Positions 34,752 to 35,904 of a DNA stretch of 35,904 nt are shown here, in pieces; positions within the stretch are counted from its first letter, which is position 1, and every line of letters begins with the position of its first letter. Source of the DNA: a virus. Both the position numbers and the translations under genes were made by a program. The DNA lies in UHGV virus genome UHGV-0042151; one strand, written 5' to 3'. The notes below the pieces were generated by a model. It had not been told where the DNA came from. It did no database searches and saw only the letters and a program-made list of their open reading frames with translations.

Positions 34752-34767
34752 CTGTATATTTATACAG
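34752..34767. promoter_or_regulatory. LexA (SOS) box
   Basis: CTGTATATTTATACAG = CTGT-N8-ACAG with AT-rich core; extended AACTGTATATTTATACAGTA matches 18/20 of the consensus TACTGTATATATATACAGTA. Confidence 0.6.
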
Positions 34768-34806
34768 TAGCAAATAATTTGTTTGCTATCCAGCACGTTT
34801 TGCAAA

Positions 34807-34821
34807 TTACCTGAAAGGTAA
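34807..34821. promoter_or_regulatory. palindromic site TTACC-N5-GGTAA between antirepressor and tailspike genes
   Basis: TTACCTGAAAGGTAA. Confidence 0.45.
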
Positions 34822-34925
34822 TATCTATTCGTATTCACAGTCTTTCTATCCATATATGGTTTTTCAGGTAATAGAATAACCAGATATGCGGCGCAACGGG
34901 TGCTGCGACTATCTGGAGATTTAAC

Positions 34926-35904
34926 ATGACGGTCTCAACCGAAGTTGACCACAACGAATACACCGGTAACGGCGTTACGACATCATTTCCGTATACCTTC
35001 CGTATTTTCAAAAAAACCGACCTGGTTGTTCAGGTGTCTGACCTGAACGGGAACGTAACAGAATTGGTTCTGGATACCGGTTATAAGGTAACTGGAGCGG
35101 GCACTTATAGTGGCGGTGAAGTGGTTCTCCCGTCGCCGCTTGCTGCTGGCTGGCGAATTACGATAGAGCGTGTGCTTGATGTGGTGCAGGAGACTGATCT
35201 TCGCAATCAGGGAAAATTTTTCCCCGAAGTTCATGAAGATGCATTTGACTACCTGACGATGCTGATCCAGCGATGTTTTGGGTGGTTCAGACGTGCATTG
35301 ATGAAACCATCTTTGCTTGCAAAATATTACGATGCAAAGCAAAACAAAATTTCTAACCTTGCAGATCCATCATTTGAGCAGGACGCTGTAAATAATCGCT
35401 CAATGCGTAATTATGTCGATGCTGCAATCGCCGGGGTTGTTGGTGGTTTTGGTTGGTTTATACCGTCAGGAAGCGGGGCAAGACAACGAACATTTCAAAG
35501 CAAAATGAGGGATATAATTTCTCCTTGTGATTACGAAGATAATATTTTTATGATTAAGGAGTTGATATCCAAAGGCAAAAATGCCGCTGTTTTTAACTCA
35601 TATTATACTTTTGTTATTACTGTTGGCGAATGGGGTGATTACCCTACACTCAAAGATGCAATCATTGCAGCCCAGTCAATGAGACCTATGTGGGATGGTG
35701 GTAATGCTTTCTGCGAAATAAGAATTAAGACCGGGCATATTATCAACTATCAAATTGAATTCAGTTCAGGTGTTGATTTGTCTTGGATTAAAATAACATC
35801 AGAAGACTCAGTGGTTTTCTCTGACACTCGTTTGTTTACTAAAATCGTTAGAACGTATTACGAATACAAGTATTTATTTTACATTTGCGATGCAGCAAAA
35901 AGTC
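34926..35904 (+). CDS. tailspike / tail fibre protein, 3'-truncated at window edge
   Basis: Open frame from ATG 34926 to end of window; N-terminus 'EYTGNGVTTSFPYTFRIFKKTDLVVQV' resembles the conserved particle-binding domain of podovirus tail fibres (T7 gp17-like pattern) as recalled; absent from ORF track because no stop is reached. Confidence 0.7.
   Translation, partial: MTVSTEVDHNEYTGNGVTTSFPYTFRIFKKTDLVVQVSDLNGNVTELVLDTGYKVTGAGTYSGGEVVLPSPLAAGWRITIERVLDVVQETDLRNQGKFFPEVHEDAFDYLTMLIQRCFGWFRRALMKPSLLAKYYDAKQNKISNLADPSFEQDAVNNRSMRNYVDAAIAGVVGGFGWFIPSGSGARQRTFQSKMRDIISPCDYEDNIFMIKELISKGKNAAVFNSYYTFVITVGEWGDYPTLKDAIIAAQSMRPMWDGGNAFCEIRIKTGHIINYQIEFSSGVDLSWIKITSEDSVVFSDTRLFTKIVRTYYEYKYLFYICDAAKS

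Noticed and set aside
1-35904. CRISPR arrays, insertion sequences or transposases, integrase and att sites
   Set aside because: No spaced direct-repeat array, no terminal inverted repeats with a transposase ORF, and no tyrosine or serine recombinase ORF were found in this window. The integration module, if any, lies outside it.

Overview
This 35.9-kb window is a segment of a temperate-phage-type genome (prophage or phage); no integrase or att site lies inside it. All family calls come from reading motifs and synteny by eye; no database search or folding program was run. Layout: (1) 50-3610, minus strand: an early-left operon with a Dam-like MTase, an AlpA-type regulator, a Bet/RecT-type annealing protein and a PD-(D/E)XK exonuclease. 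(2) 3.9-4.9 kb: an immunity region with a tandem-HTH repressor lacking a peptidase domain and a divergent Cro-like gene, flanked by two N-runs (3787-3883, 4890-5024). (3) 5.1-11.8 kb: replication genes (O-like with internal iterons, P-like) and a nin-like block of small genes including three tandem 'MTTIT' paralogs, ending at an intrinsic terminator. (4) 11.9-14.0 kb: terminase small and large subunits. (5) 14.1-14.8 kb: a minus-strand moron gene and a phage-borne tRNA-Arg(UCU). (6) 15.2-31.2 kb: a morphogenesis module in T7-like gene order (portal, scaffold, capsid, tubular proteins, internal virion proteins). (7) 31.2-34.9 kb: an accessory island (lipoprotein, secreted peptide, two-gene operon, Bro-N antirepressor, structured non-coding region, membrane zinc-ribbon protein, LexA-box-controlled small antirepressor-like gene). 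(8) 34926 to the window end: a 3'-truncated tailspike gene. The most unusual signal is a palindrome ATTACC-N5-GGTAAT present 12 times, always intergenic and usually abutting a -10-like hexamer or ribosome-binding site; two promoters carry it in an identical operator/-35/-10/operator arrangement. Together with the LexA box and the non-cleavable repressor this suggests an undescribed genome-wide repressor regulon coupled to SOS-driven antirepression.
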